Positions 1-12,550 of a stretch of DNA of 64,000 bases are shown piece after piece. The first letter of the stretch is position 1. Every line of letters starts with the position of its first letter. The notes under the pieces are model-generated. The model saw only the letters and a list, made by a program, of their open reading frames with translations, did no database searches and was not told the origin of the DNA. Source of the DNA: Chrysomallon squamiferum (Eukaryota > Animalia > Mollusca); the NCBI GenBank assembly GCA_012295275.1, contig CM022672.1, forward strand, positions 5,270,001 through 5,334,000. Reading direction: 5' to 3'. Made by a program: the position numbers and the translations under genes.

Positions 1-869
1 GATAGATAAAGATATACAAAGTTGGCTGAAAGAAAATACATAAAAAAAACAAAAGTCAATTAATAGAAAAATAAAAAATAAAAAAAATTAATGTCGAAAA
101 GATTCTGAAAATCCTTTGAAAAAAAAACAATCATTAAGAATTGAATGTCACTGTAATCTGCATTTTATGGAGGCAAAAATTCACTCGGATGAGCATCTCC
201 AGACAGACGTAAGCAAGTAAATAAAAACAAAAATTAGTAGCTGGATTTTAAACTAATGTTTGTTAATCATGCTCACCTTCTGTTCCAGAGGGAGTTTTCA
301 CAGTCTGAAGAGACACGTAATGAAAGACATGTGAAAAGTCTAGAGAACTTTACGTAAATATTTGACTCACACTTTCATCAGTCTCATTAAAAATACATAT
401 CCAGGTGAGAGAAAAAAAAAAAACAAAAAGAAAAAGAGAGAAAGAATAGTAACGATAGTAGTTGCTGTCGTTGTCGTAATAATTACGTTGTAGTATCTGT
501 TATTAGTGCAAATAAACGTAGCTGCAGTGGTGGTAGTAGTACTGGTGGTAAAGGTGCACCAGTAGTATTAGCAGCAGTAGCAGCAGCAGTAGTAGTAGTA
601 GTAGTAGTAGAGTAATAGCAATAATAGTTGTAGTACTATTAGTAGTAGTAATACAAATGAATGTATTTGGAGCAGCTTTGGAAAAAGTACTGATAGAAGT
701 ACTAATAGTAATATAAATAATAAACTATCCCCTGAACTCTCTGTGACTATAGAGCGGCAACCTGAATACAAAATTTTCATATACAATTTAATGGTGGGGT
801 TTATTAGAATTTATAAGTAATATAAAAATAAATAAATAAATAATAGACATATATATATACATACATACA

Positions 870-905
<36 letters not shown>

Positions 906-912
906 TATATAC

Positions 913-944
<32 letters not shown>

Positions 945-1048
945 TAATAATAATAATAATAGTGATAACAATAACAATAACTAGTTATAATAGCAATATA
1001 ATAGTAGCAGTAGTAATAGCAGCAATAGTAATAGTAGTAGCATAATAA

Positions 1049-1104
<56 letters not shown>

Positions 1105-1558
1105 ATAGTAGTAGCAGTGTTGTTGTTTTTGTAGCAGTATTACAGTAGCAGTGATGGTAGTATTACTTTATACAAACCCCCACACACACCGACTTCCCAC
1201 TTCACACAAACCAAACAAAAACTACAACAAAACAAAAACAAAAGAAACAAAAAAAAAAAAAAAAAAAAAAATTCTTCATCGCTATTTTAAAACAGCCTCA
1301 AATTATTTTGCATGTTTTATGAAAACAGAATTAACGGTGGCTGTGTGTAGAACTTGCAAGGAGATGAATAATTGAGAAAGAGCTCAGCGGTTCCGCGTAC
1401 AAATCAGTCGAGATCGCGTGAATGCGCGTCGCTCGTGTGCTGTTTGCTACAATATTCATAACCTAATAAAGTCATAATTAGATACGTCTTAAAAATGCAT
1501 GCGAGTGCAAAGGTTGACAGTTAGCGTGGCAAAAATACGCACGGTTTATATTTCTGTT

Positions 1559-1878
1559 GTATAGTGACCGGCGTATTCGTTTGGGGTATAATGACTGGCG
1601 TATTCGTTTGGGGGTATAATGACTGGCGTATTCGTTTGGGTATAATGACTGGCGTATTCGTTTGGGTATAATGACTGAAATATTCGTACGAGTATAATGA
1701 CTGGCGTATTCGTTTGGGGTATAATGACTGAAATATTCGTACGAGTATAATGACTGGCGTATTCGTTTGGGGTATAATGACTGGCGTATTCGTTTCAGTA
1801 TAATGACTGAAATATTCGTACGAGTATAATGACTGGCGTATTCGTTTGCGTATAATGTAATGATCTGCGTATTTGTTC
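1559..1878. repeat. Minisatellite, about 11 units of 26-28 bp plus a degenerate 12th
   Basis: Unit A is GTATAATGACTGGCGTATTCGTTTGG(G/GG). Unit B is GTATAATGACTGAAATATTCGTACGA. Both read directly from the sequence. Confidence 0.95.
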
Positions 1879-2005
1879 GACAGACGTTTCATTATTTTGC
1901 GACGTTTTAAAGTATTAAATAGCTTTTATTGATGTAGTTGTTGTTGCAGTTGTTGTTGTTGTAATTATTATCGTCTTTAGCATCATTATTTACAATATTA
2001 CAGTC

Positions 2006-2008
<3 letters not shown>

Positions 2009-2075
<67 letters not shown>

Positions 2076-2090
2076 GATCTATTATTATTA

Positions 2091-2131
<41 letters not shown>

Positions 2132-2143
2132 TATTATTATTAT
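2009..2143. repeat. (ATT)n microsatellite, interrupted
   Basis: Seen directly; boundaries approximate. Confidence 0.9.
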
Positions 2144-2862
2144 ATCTGTCAAAACAAAGTAAATAAATAAATAAAACATAAAAATAATAATAATAAACAA
2201 AGTTGTTGTTTAGCTGGAGTTTTTATGTGTTGATCAAGGATTTCGAAAATAACACTGTGAAGCTGTTTGTTCTCTGGGGTCTTTTGATTTCGCTAGAGAT
2301 GTTTGTTACAAGGTGGTTTTTATCTTGGGCCTTATTGATTACAGACTTGTGAATAATTTACCAGCAGATTGTCAAAAGAGCTGTGTTTTTATTCTTCCAC
2401 CTCGTCTCGTAGTGTTATTGTTTAATCGCTAACAAGAACCGATTCAACGCCCAGAAAACACGATGTGCTATTTTCTGGAAATTTTTTTTTTTTTTTTTTT
2501 AAATTTATTATTCCCGTGGTTATTATTATTATTATTTTCTTTCTTTCTTTCTTTATTCCAGGTTTTTTCCACTAACGTACTAGATACAAGCAATATTTTA
2601 TGCTTATAGAAGTTATCATTTCATTAATACTTACTACTACTACTACTACTACTACTACTAGTACTACTACTACTACTACTACTACTACAGCTACTACTAC
2701 AACCACCAGCTTCCATAATTATACATCATTGCAGGTGATGAAGAAGATAATGTTGACGATATATTATTCTGAGTAGTCTCCAAATATTAATTCATTTAAA
2801 TACAACGGTAATAATGACAGCAACAATTAGTAATACTTGAAATACTTGTTGTTACTGTTCTT

Positions 2863-2876
2863 ATAATAATAATAAT

Positions 2877-2924
<48 letters not shown>

Positions 2925-2940
2925 CATAATACTAATAGTA

Positions 2941-2999
<59 letters not shown>
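2863..2999. repeat. (AAT)n microsatellite, interrupted
   Basis: Seen directly; boundaries approximate. Confidence 0.9.
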
Positions 3000-3511
3000 T
3001 AATGCTAAAATATAAAATTCATTCGGTATCTTTTGTCTGATGTTGTATTTTTGTATTTTAATTTAGTGTATGTTTTATTCCAAAATAAACAAGTACTAGT
3101 ATAAAATGTGACCTTATATCTATTTTATTTTCTAATGATAGTTATTTTGCAACGATTTGTTTCATATGTTTGGCCTCTATGTACATACAAAACACTTTTA
3201 TTACTTGAATGATGACGTGTTGCAAAATATACAGCTAATGTCTTGTAAAATATATTTGCACTTCGTTTCTGTAATTTAATTACTCTGTGAATTTTGTGTC
3301 CAAATGATGTGACGTTTTGACTGTGGACATTTTTAACTGATCTGTTTTGTAACGTCTTGTTTCAAAATACGGGTATCTAGAATTTGTTGTAGAGTTTTCC
3401 TGAAGCTACTCATTTCATGAAAATATTTAATTATCTGTGGTTTGCGACTATTTTTCTTTTATTTATTTATTTATTTATTGTGATTATGATTATTATTATT
3501 ATTATTATTAT

Positions 3512-3552
<41 letters not shown>

Positions 3553-3669
3553 TTTTACTTTATTTTATTATTTTTAAATAAGCGACTAGATGTAAATTAT
3601 GTAATGTTCTTTTTTTATATACAATTCTCTGCCCCAAGTATGCAAATAATCATATGCATTGAGTTTTTT

Positions 3670-3705
<36 letters not shown>

Positions 3706-4475
3706 TTATTATTGTTGTTGTTGTTGTTGTTGTTGTTGTTTTTATTTTTATTTTTATTTTTTATGTTTCCTAAATATGCGATTTCTGAGCATATTACAAC
3801 GAGTTCTTTTCATGTGCCATTTCCTGTACAAATCAATTTACTTTTAAACACTGATAAGTACGTTTTAATTGGAAACAAAACTCTCGTAGATTATAAACAA
3901 GGTTTTTAGTCTGTCTTGTTTTTTTTTTTTTTTTGTTTTTTCTCACAAAAACTAATCTTCAGGATAGAGTGATGGTGAAATGCACCGAAAAGAAAAGGTC
4001 GGCTTGAAATGTTGATCGCTACTTCATAATGAACTGAACAAAAGCGATTAATTATTCAACTAACATTCTACCACAGATGAAGCGGACAATAGACACACGT
4101 CTATCCAATTTCGTTTTAGTTTTTAATTTCTTGAACGCTATTAAAAGATGCGGAAAACCTATTTGTAAATATAAAGGCAGAGCTATGATACATATACATA
4201 ATTCAGTCGTGGTTTATATCATAGATTTTAAGTTTTAAATATTTCAACGGTGTTTTGCTTAACAATAGAAAAAAAAATGACGACAAAAAAAAAAAAAAGG
4301 ATTCTTTGTGCTCTAACTGAAAAAAGAAGAAATAAAAGACGAAGAAACAGAAGCCGATGATGATGATGATTCTGTTGTTGATAATGTATTGAAAGGCGTG
4401 TAATTATAAATATATATCTTACAAATTTAAGAAAATGATATCAGTAGCAGCTGCAATAACAATAATATCAACCAA

Positions 4476-4507
<32 letters not shown>

Positions 4508-5772
4508 CAGCAATGATAATAATATCTTTAGCAACAACAGAGACAACAACAACAACAATAATAATAAAGAAGATGTTGATGGAAAATTTACGTTTTCAAC
4601 TCTACAAAACAGAATTAAAAATATATATATACACACATATAAATCACACAGCTTCATAAAATATTTGTTCAAGCTAATTATTCTTCTACTAGATAAACGA
4701 GCACAGTTCTTTATGTCTTTTTTTAAATCTCTTTTTGTAATTTTTGTAACAAAATATCTTTTTCTTTATAGACTGATCCGCTTTAGCGAAATTATCGCGG
4801 AGACGGTATATGCAGTGCACGGCGTATCACGTATCAGAGAGCCGTCTATGCACGTGCAGCGCGAGCAACAAAGCATAATGGCGACAGAATTCCGTTGAAC
4901 GACTTAGCTCAAAAACGACGTAAGCGGCTTACACGAATTACAATTCTGCGAAACAGAAGTAATCCGCTGTAAACACAGCGCGCCTGACAGACAGACAGAC
5001 GAAACGTCAGTGCTTTATTAGACTGAATTATTATTTATTTAGAGTCTAGTTTTTAAAATACGTTTCTCTTATGTTTCTTTTTGTTTCATAGAGATGATTT
5101 TAAGATGCATATACATTATTAACACGCGCACGTAACACACACACACACATGTAGATTAATGTTATAACCTATCTACCCGTATACATATTAGACACACGGA
5201 CGTTTGTTACATGAGTATATATAGAGTGCCATTGCCAGGTTTACCCCAAAAAAACAAAAACAATAGATGCACGCAAGAATGACGAAAGACAAAAGAACGA
5301 CCTGCTTACCCTCGGTTATTGAACATTTGTTTTCAGGTTGTCTTGTTAGCAAAACGGTAACGTCGTCCGCCTTCGTAATGCGTGTGAATGGGTGTCATAC
5401 GTTCAAGTCTCGTCAACGGCATCTGACGGGTTTTGTGAGGTCGTTATTAGACTTTGTCCTCCCTGCCAGTGCATTCATACATACATACATTCAGACATAC
5501 ATATATCAGAGATTATTCAAAACATAAAATACATACAGGAACGGATCTGTTTTGAAACATGATGAAGTTTTAATTACATATATGCCCTAAACCAGGGGGG
5601 ACATACAGGCGCGGATCTGTGAAACTGATGAATTTTAATTCAAATCTGAAAAGCCGTGGTTAAATTTTTAAAACATTTATGATAATCGGTCATGGAACAA
5701 GCCCTTGAAGAAGATAATAATGGTTACCCAGACCTCGTTGCTGCTTGCCGAGGGCCCCCATAACAGCTTTAG

Positions 5773-5822
5773 CTTCAGCGCCTCCGGTAATTTAGGTCTT
5801 CAGCGCCTCCGGTAATTTAGGT
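5773..5822. repeat. Perfect 25-bp tandem duplication
   Basis: CTTCAGCGCCTCCGGTAATTTAGGT x2. Confidence 0.95.
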
Positions 5823-6399
5823 CTACCATTGAATACAAACGTAACACAACAACACATAACGTACAGAGGACTGTCGATTATTTAGACCGGTTATAACTGA
5901 CGTGCGTTCTAGCTGCTGATCTATAAAACTACACTTCATCAATCATTTCATTAAACTTTAACATCAGTTATAAATATACCAGAACTGTATATTGTTTTAT
6001 CTGATTTTCAGTCTTACATTCCGTGTTAAATTATAAATATTATTTCTTTACCATGTTTGAAAGTGAATTTTGTTGTCGTTAGACAACAAAATTCATTAAT
6101 AAAAATAAAAAAATTATTTCTAATATTATTTTGAAATATATGTGAACGATTTTAAAACTGATTTTAAACAACTGATATTTATTATTTTTTTTTTTAAATT
6201 TGATTCAGAAATCTAAACTGCTGTTCGCAGCAAGTTCTTTATCATCTTTTCTATTCCTGAAAAATATTATTTTTATTTTATTTTGTTTATTATTTATACA
6301 TGTTTGTGTGCTTGCTAAAAATTATTATCATCGTCATCATCATGATCTTCACTATTATTACTGCCGTTGCTGTTATTGTTGTCATTATTATTATTACTA

Positions 6400-6475
<76 letters not shown>

Positions 6476-8378
6476 AAATTATTAATATTAATACGATTAT
6501 TACTACAGTTGTTGTTGTATATTATTGTTCTTGTCATCATCATCATCATCATCGTGGTTGTTACTGTTTCTTTGCTGACTTCTTTGATTTCTTCTATTTT
6601 CGCAAAAATAAAATTACTTAAAAGTTTAGGTCCTAGAAATCGGTTAAAACTTTCGTAAATCAGAGACGTAATGAAAGACTGATGCCCACGACTCACAATA
6701 TTGACAAGAAATCAGGACCGCTGGTGTAGTTCGTGATTGGGTTCCCTTGGCGACGAGTCCTAAAGCATTGCCATTTATCACGTGTCTCCCATCGGACCTT
6801 ATTAGGGAGGCCCTCGCATCCGTAACTGTGTCTTGAAAACCAATTAGTATTCTTCCGACCAGGAACAAATTGGACAGCCCAATTGTGGACAGAAACAATG
6901 GTTTCGGTAGTTTCGAGCTATCTATACGTATTGTAATGGTGGCAGTATTGTAAAATGATGCATTGTATAAGAATGGTTAAGTCGAGTGACATTTTGAGAA
7001 AGCAGTAGAAATGTATCTCAGGTGCAGAATCTAAGTAAATATACGTTGTAAATAATGAAAGTTATTTGATTTTGTGAATTAAAAAAGATGTGTCAACAGT
7101 ACTTGAAAATCGTTAAATAAGACATCTGTCTCTTTTTCTTTTTTTTTTTTTTTTTTTTTTTCTTTTTTTTTCAGTTAAAACTCATGGTCTGAACCTAAAA
7201 CTATTAAACTAGTTTTTAATTCAATTTAATAATTATTTTATAATATTTGTTACTAAAAGATTTCATTTAGTAAATTATGTGTAAAACAGAAAACCTGCCA
7301 TCTTAACGCGAAGTAATATTCAAATTTAATTAGCAAGAAAAAATACCCCCAAATATACCTTTCCATAAACAGGAAAGTACGTACGTAACAATAATTATGA
7401 ATATATAAAGATTATAATAATAAAAATAATAATAATAATGGTGATGGTGATGACGATGATGATTATATAGGCATGTATATGATGATGATGATGATGATGA
7501 TAATAATAAAAATTATTATTATTATTATAATTAATATTATTATTATTATTTCGGGTTTTAAAGGGATCAGCTTTCACAATTCGGAATTAGTTAGATCATT
7601 CGATACTTGCATTCCTGCATAGACAGATTAAACTAAATGCATTAGAGCTGAATGTACAGCACGAGATAAAGTGAATTGACGAGGAGAATACTTCAGAAAT
7701 AACGTCTGTCAAACATATGCAGAATTTACCATTGTAATTAAGCTAATGTGGAAGAAATTGTGTTCACTCCAACTAGAGAGCTCTCGAGGGGAAACAAGTC
7801 ATTATGAAGGATTTCGCCCTCTCTGTTTTTAATGAAGAAGACACATTCGCCCATTTGCGGCAATATCCTCTTATGTTCCGACTGTGCCTTTGAATATCAC
7901 AGTGTGACCTTTATCCGGATCAAATTCAATGACGTTTGCTTCATTGTTTGGAAAAATGGCGGCGTTTAACGCAAATGCACGATTTGTAGCCGTCTGTACT
8001 GAATCGGCCTGGCGTCAATACGCAAGTGATCATGGGATAGCCCAACTGGGTGCAATTGAGGAACTCGAGGGCTCGAGTGTTGTCTTTGAAATGTTTGGAT
8101 TTCTAAAGCGTTGCCGTGTTTCCGCTTCAAACAATTGAAGTTATTTGAACAGTTGTTTCATAATATTGTTAAATTGACGAAGTCGACAGGTTTTGACATC
8201 TTGAATGAATTACTCTGCTTGTAATCTTTAATACATACACACATACATAAATATATACATACATACATACAAAAAAATACTTACATATATACATGCATAT
8301 ATAAATACATCAATACAGTCATAGGTACACACATATATAATTCATATGTATCTGCCATATGGTACACTAATGTTTTTT

Positions 8379-8382
<4 letters not shown>

Positions 8383-8462
<80 letters not shown>
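8383..8462. repeat. (TC)n microsatellite
   Basis: Seen directly. Confidence 0.95.
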
Positions 8463-8464
<2 letters not shown>

Positions 8465-8844
8465 CCATCTCGTCTTTAGCACAAAGATCATGAAAACAAG
8501 AAAACATCTAAATGTCAAATAACTGTGTTTTTGTTTGGGGATGATGGAGTTTATCACTTTAATCATCTTCTTTAAAAAAAAGAGTAAAAGAGAAAGAAAG
8601 TCACAAGAGAGAGATATATTTTATACTTACACAGGTTTTAACAAAACAGTATTACACAGGATATGCAAATTATATAAAAGGACAGATTCGGGAATGTTTT
8701 CCTCATCTTTACTATGAAAATATATTTGTTTTTTGTACCAGTTTATTATTTATTTATTGATTATTTCCAGATATAATTATATTATAGGCGGATCGCACTC
8801 GCATGGCATCTTTTTCAGCCAACAGATTTTATTTATATCCAATA

Positions 8845-8881
<37 letters not shown>

Positions 8882-9644
8882 TTCCAAACTATAGTTCCGC
8901 GAGTATCTATCTATCTATCTATCTATATATATATATATATAAGAAAAGAAAAATCAATAAACAAATACATAAATAAATAATAATTAATAAATAAATACAT
9001 AAAACAAAATCTATAAAAAAAATATCTAATAAAAAAAATCTAACCGGAAACAGCGATCAATCGCTTGTGCGCATGCGCACGACAATGTACGGGGAAATCT
9101 ATAGTATCATGAATGGAAAACATTTTCTTTATCACGCATACTTGAAATGCATTTCTTGGGCTTCCCTGTTTATACAGGTTGAGCTACAGGAAAACATTAA
9201 AGAAATCAGATACCTTACAAAACGGACAAATCTTCTTGATGTTCCCCGCCACACACAAACGAGACTATAGACTCGTTCCTGAGCCGGTCTTTTGAAGTCG
9301 AGCTCATTTTGAAAATTCAAACTTCGTCTTGCTGGCGGTGTACATGCGGCGTGCTGGTAAAACGTGGGAATGACAGCTTGATGCCACACGTCGTCACTGT
9401 TACTGCAGCAGCAGCAGCAGCAGCAGCCACGTTGGTAAAACTGAACACCCGGGGGACTGCGATTTGGGAAGAAAACAATGGTGTTTTGTGTCGTCACGTG
9501 AAGTAATGCTAGATTTGTTGTAAGACGCGGTGGATTTATTAAAACCAAATGTTTTGTCGTTGTTGGTTTTCTTTTTGGTTTTCTTTTTGCTCGTGGTGTT
9601 CATGATTTGTAGATATTTTTGTGTTTAATACGTATAAATTTTAA

Positions 9645-9682
<38 letters not shown>

Positions 9683-10603
9683 CGTCCAGTTGTTAACGGT
9701 ATTAAAATGCAGAGTATAATAAAATTAAAGGAATTTCAAAAATAAATTGATTTTAATAATTAAACAAAAGAATGCGGCATTAAAACTAAAATAAAGTAAA
9801 GTAAAATAAATAAATAAATAAAAAGAGTTTGGACAATTCAGAATTAAAGTTTATTAAAACGAATTAATTTACAAATTTTGAAGTGAGTATATAAAATAAA
9901 CAAATAGAAATTACAGATAAACTTCCAGAATATTAATTAAATTTTAAATTAAATTTTATTCAGATAACCAGTTTCTCTACAGAACCACAGGACGGTTTAT
10001 TTTACTACCAAACAGGACATCATCGAAAACACGAAAACACGTCTACGCGAAATTAATCACGAACGCACCAAGCGAAGACGTCATGCTGTCAGATGACCAT
10101 CATGACGTCGCGACAAGATCGCCACTGTCCGGCCGCGCTACCCTGGCGTCGCTGTCCATTGCAAGACCCCAGTTTGATAATTATTATAAGACTGGACATG
10201 ATGGAGTAGAATGGTGATATTGTGATATTCATCTACAAGCCTCCCAGATGGCCAAACCTTTGGTGCTCGGCTCACGCTCTGTCGACGCAACCTAACCGTT
10301 TGATTAATGGTCGTCTCAAAGTTAAAAAAAAAAAAAAAAAACAGCTCGTCCGAATAGTTCAGAAATGTTTGTGTCGCCGACTTGAATTTGTTTGAGCATT
10401 GTGCGAGATCTTTTTTTGTTTTTTCAGTGTTAATGTTGGGATTGTTTTTGTGTACGGTTCATTATATGATCTCAGATACATACATACATACATAGAGACT
10501 CGTTTAAGTATAGACGGGCACACTTATATACGCATAAAGACATAATTATACGAACAAAGAAGTATACATACTTAAATACACACACACATAGATACATGCA
10601 TAC

Positions 10604-10608
<5 letters not shown>

Positions 10609-10683
<75 letters not shown>

Positions 10684-10697
10684 TACATACATATATC

Positions 10698-10729
<32 letters not shown>

Positions 10730-10770
10730 CATACATACACGCATACATATATAAACGCATACATACATTA
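10609..10770. repeat. Compound (TA)n/(CA)n/(CATA)n microsatellite
   Basis: Seen directly; boundaries approximate. Confidence 0.9.
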
Positions 10771-11135
10771 TAGGTAGTATAGATATTATACAGATATTAT
10801 GTCAGTACAGTTTCATTCGTAACGTGGCTTTATACCATTCTGCGTGATACTTGTTTATCTGCATATATCTAGTGTACATCAAATATGACATTTCGGTTTT
10901 ATAGACATTTACAGTTACATTCAATGTGATTTTACATCTTTTTTTTTTTTTTTTTCTTCAGGCCTTTATTATATGCAGTATGTGTATATAGAATATATTT
11001 TCTTTGTTAATTTATTTATCTGTACAATAAATACATAGTACTATTGTAGTATAGTAGTGATAGTAGTATTAATAACAATAACAGCTTTAGTAGACGTAGC
11101 AACAATAGCAGCCGAAGTAGTAATAACAGTGTTAC

Positions 11136-11177
<42 letters not shown>

Positions 11178-12484
11178 TGGCGGTAACAGTAGTCGTTGTT
11201 GTTATAGTAGTAGTAAGAGTGTTAAAAGTAACTTCAAAAAAAAAAAACCTATTTCATTAAACATTTAAAATATAAATAAACAGAATACAGAACAATACAA
11301 TAAAGAAAAAGTAAAGTAAAATAAAAGAAAGAATGAAAAAAAAAAGTAAGAAAGAAAGAAAATAAGTAAATAAACAAAAAAAAAAAAGAATGAAAAAAAA
11401 AGAAAATAAGAAAATAAACAAAATAAACAAATAAATAAATAAATAAAAGAGAACGAAATCCAGTGTGACAGACTGGTTTTCACTCTATCAACTGAACACC
11501 TATCGGTACATCGCTTGGCAGCTGTAATCATCGGAAATGACATCATCACCTGTTTAACTAATTTTCGAACCAACCCCACCAGGCCCGCTCCTGGGGTCCG
11601 CCCCGAATACAAGGATATAAACACTTCGTTATAACACTGAAATAGAGCCACAAGTGTTCAATGATTTAAACAGTTTTCAAAAACGCAAACTGGTGGGAAG
11701 TGACAAGAACGAGTTTTCACACTACAATAACGTACGTACGTTCATGTTTTTTTTTTTTTTTTGGAGAAAAAAAATAGCCCGTAAACAGAATTTATATCAG
11801 AAAAAAAAAAAAAAAAAAATATGAACATGAGGAATAATGAACAGGAGAGAGATCTGATAATTGTTACAAGGAAGGAGATGAAAAGGATCATAACTTGTTT
11901 GTTTGGTGTGTTTTTTGTTGTTGTTTTTTTTTTTTTTGTCTCTGTTTTTATTGAAAATGTTGAAAAATACTTGTAGATACAATAGTTGTAGTAGCAGTAT
12001 ACTGATAATGCTGATGTTTGTAGTAATAATGGCTGTTAGAGATTTTATAGTAATGTGGTAGCTGTGGTGATAGTAGTAGTAGTAGTAGTAGCCATTGTTG
12101 TTGTTGCAGTATAGTTAGAAGTAGTGGTAGCTGAGTAGTTGTTGTTGTAATGGTAGGTTTAACAGTACTTGTAGAAATAGAAGTAGTATTAGGTGAAACA
12201 GTAGTAGTAGTTGTTATAGAACAAGTAACAGACTTTGTAGAAGACGAAGAGGTGATAGTAGTATTAGTAACAATAGTAGAAGTAGTAACCATAGCAGTTG
12301 CAGTAGTAATAACAGTGTTACTAGTAGTAGTGGTAGTAGCAGTTGTCGTTGTTACAGCAGTAGTAAGATTGTTAAAAGTAACAGTCGCTCTCTGACTTTT
12401 TAATCTTTTTTCCACTGACATCCACATACATAGGCTCTCTCTCTCTCTCTCAAACATTCACTCATTCTTCTCTCTCTCACTCAT

Positions 12485-12487
<3 letters not shown>

Positions 12488-12547
<60 letters not shown>
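12488..12547. repeat. (CT)n microsatellite
   Basis: Seen directly. Confidence 0.95.

Positions 12548-12550
<3 letters not shown>

Noticed and set aside
1559-1878. CRISPR-like appearance of the 26-28 bp repeat array
   Set aside because: Units are contiguous with no unique spacers, there are no cas genes, and the context is eukaryotic. It is a minisatellite, and the 123-aa ORF over it is an artefact.
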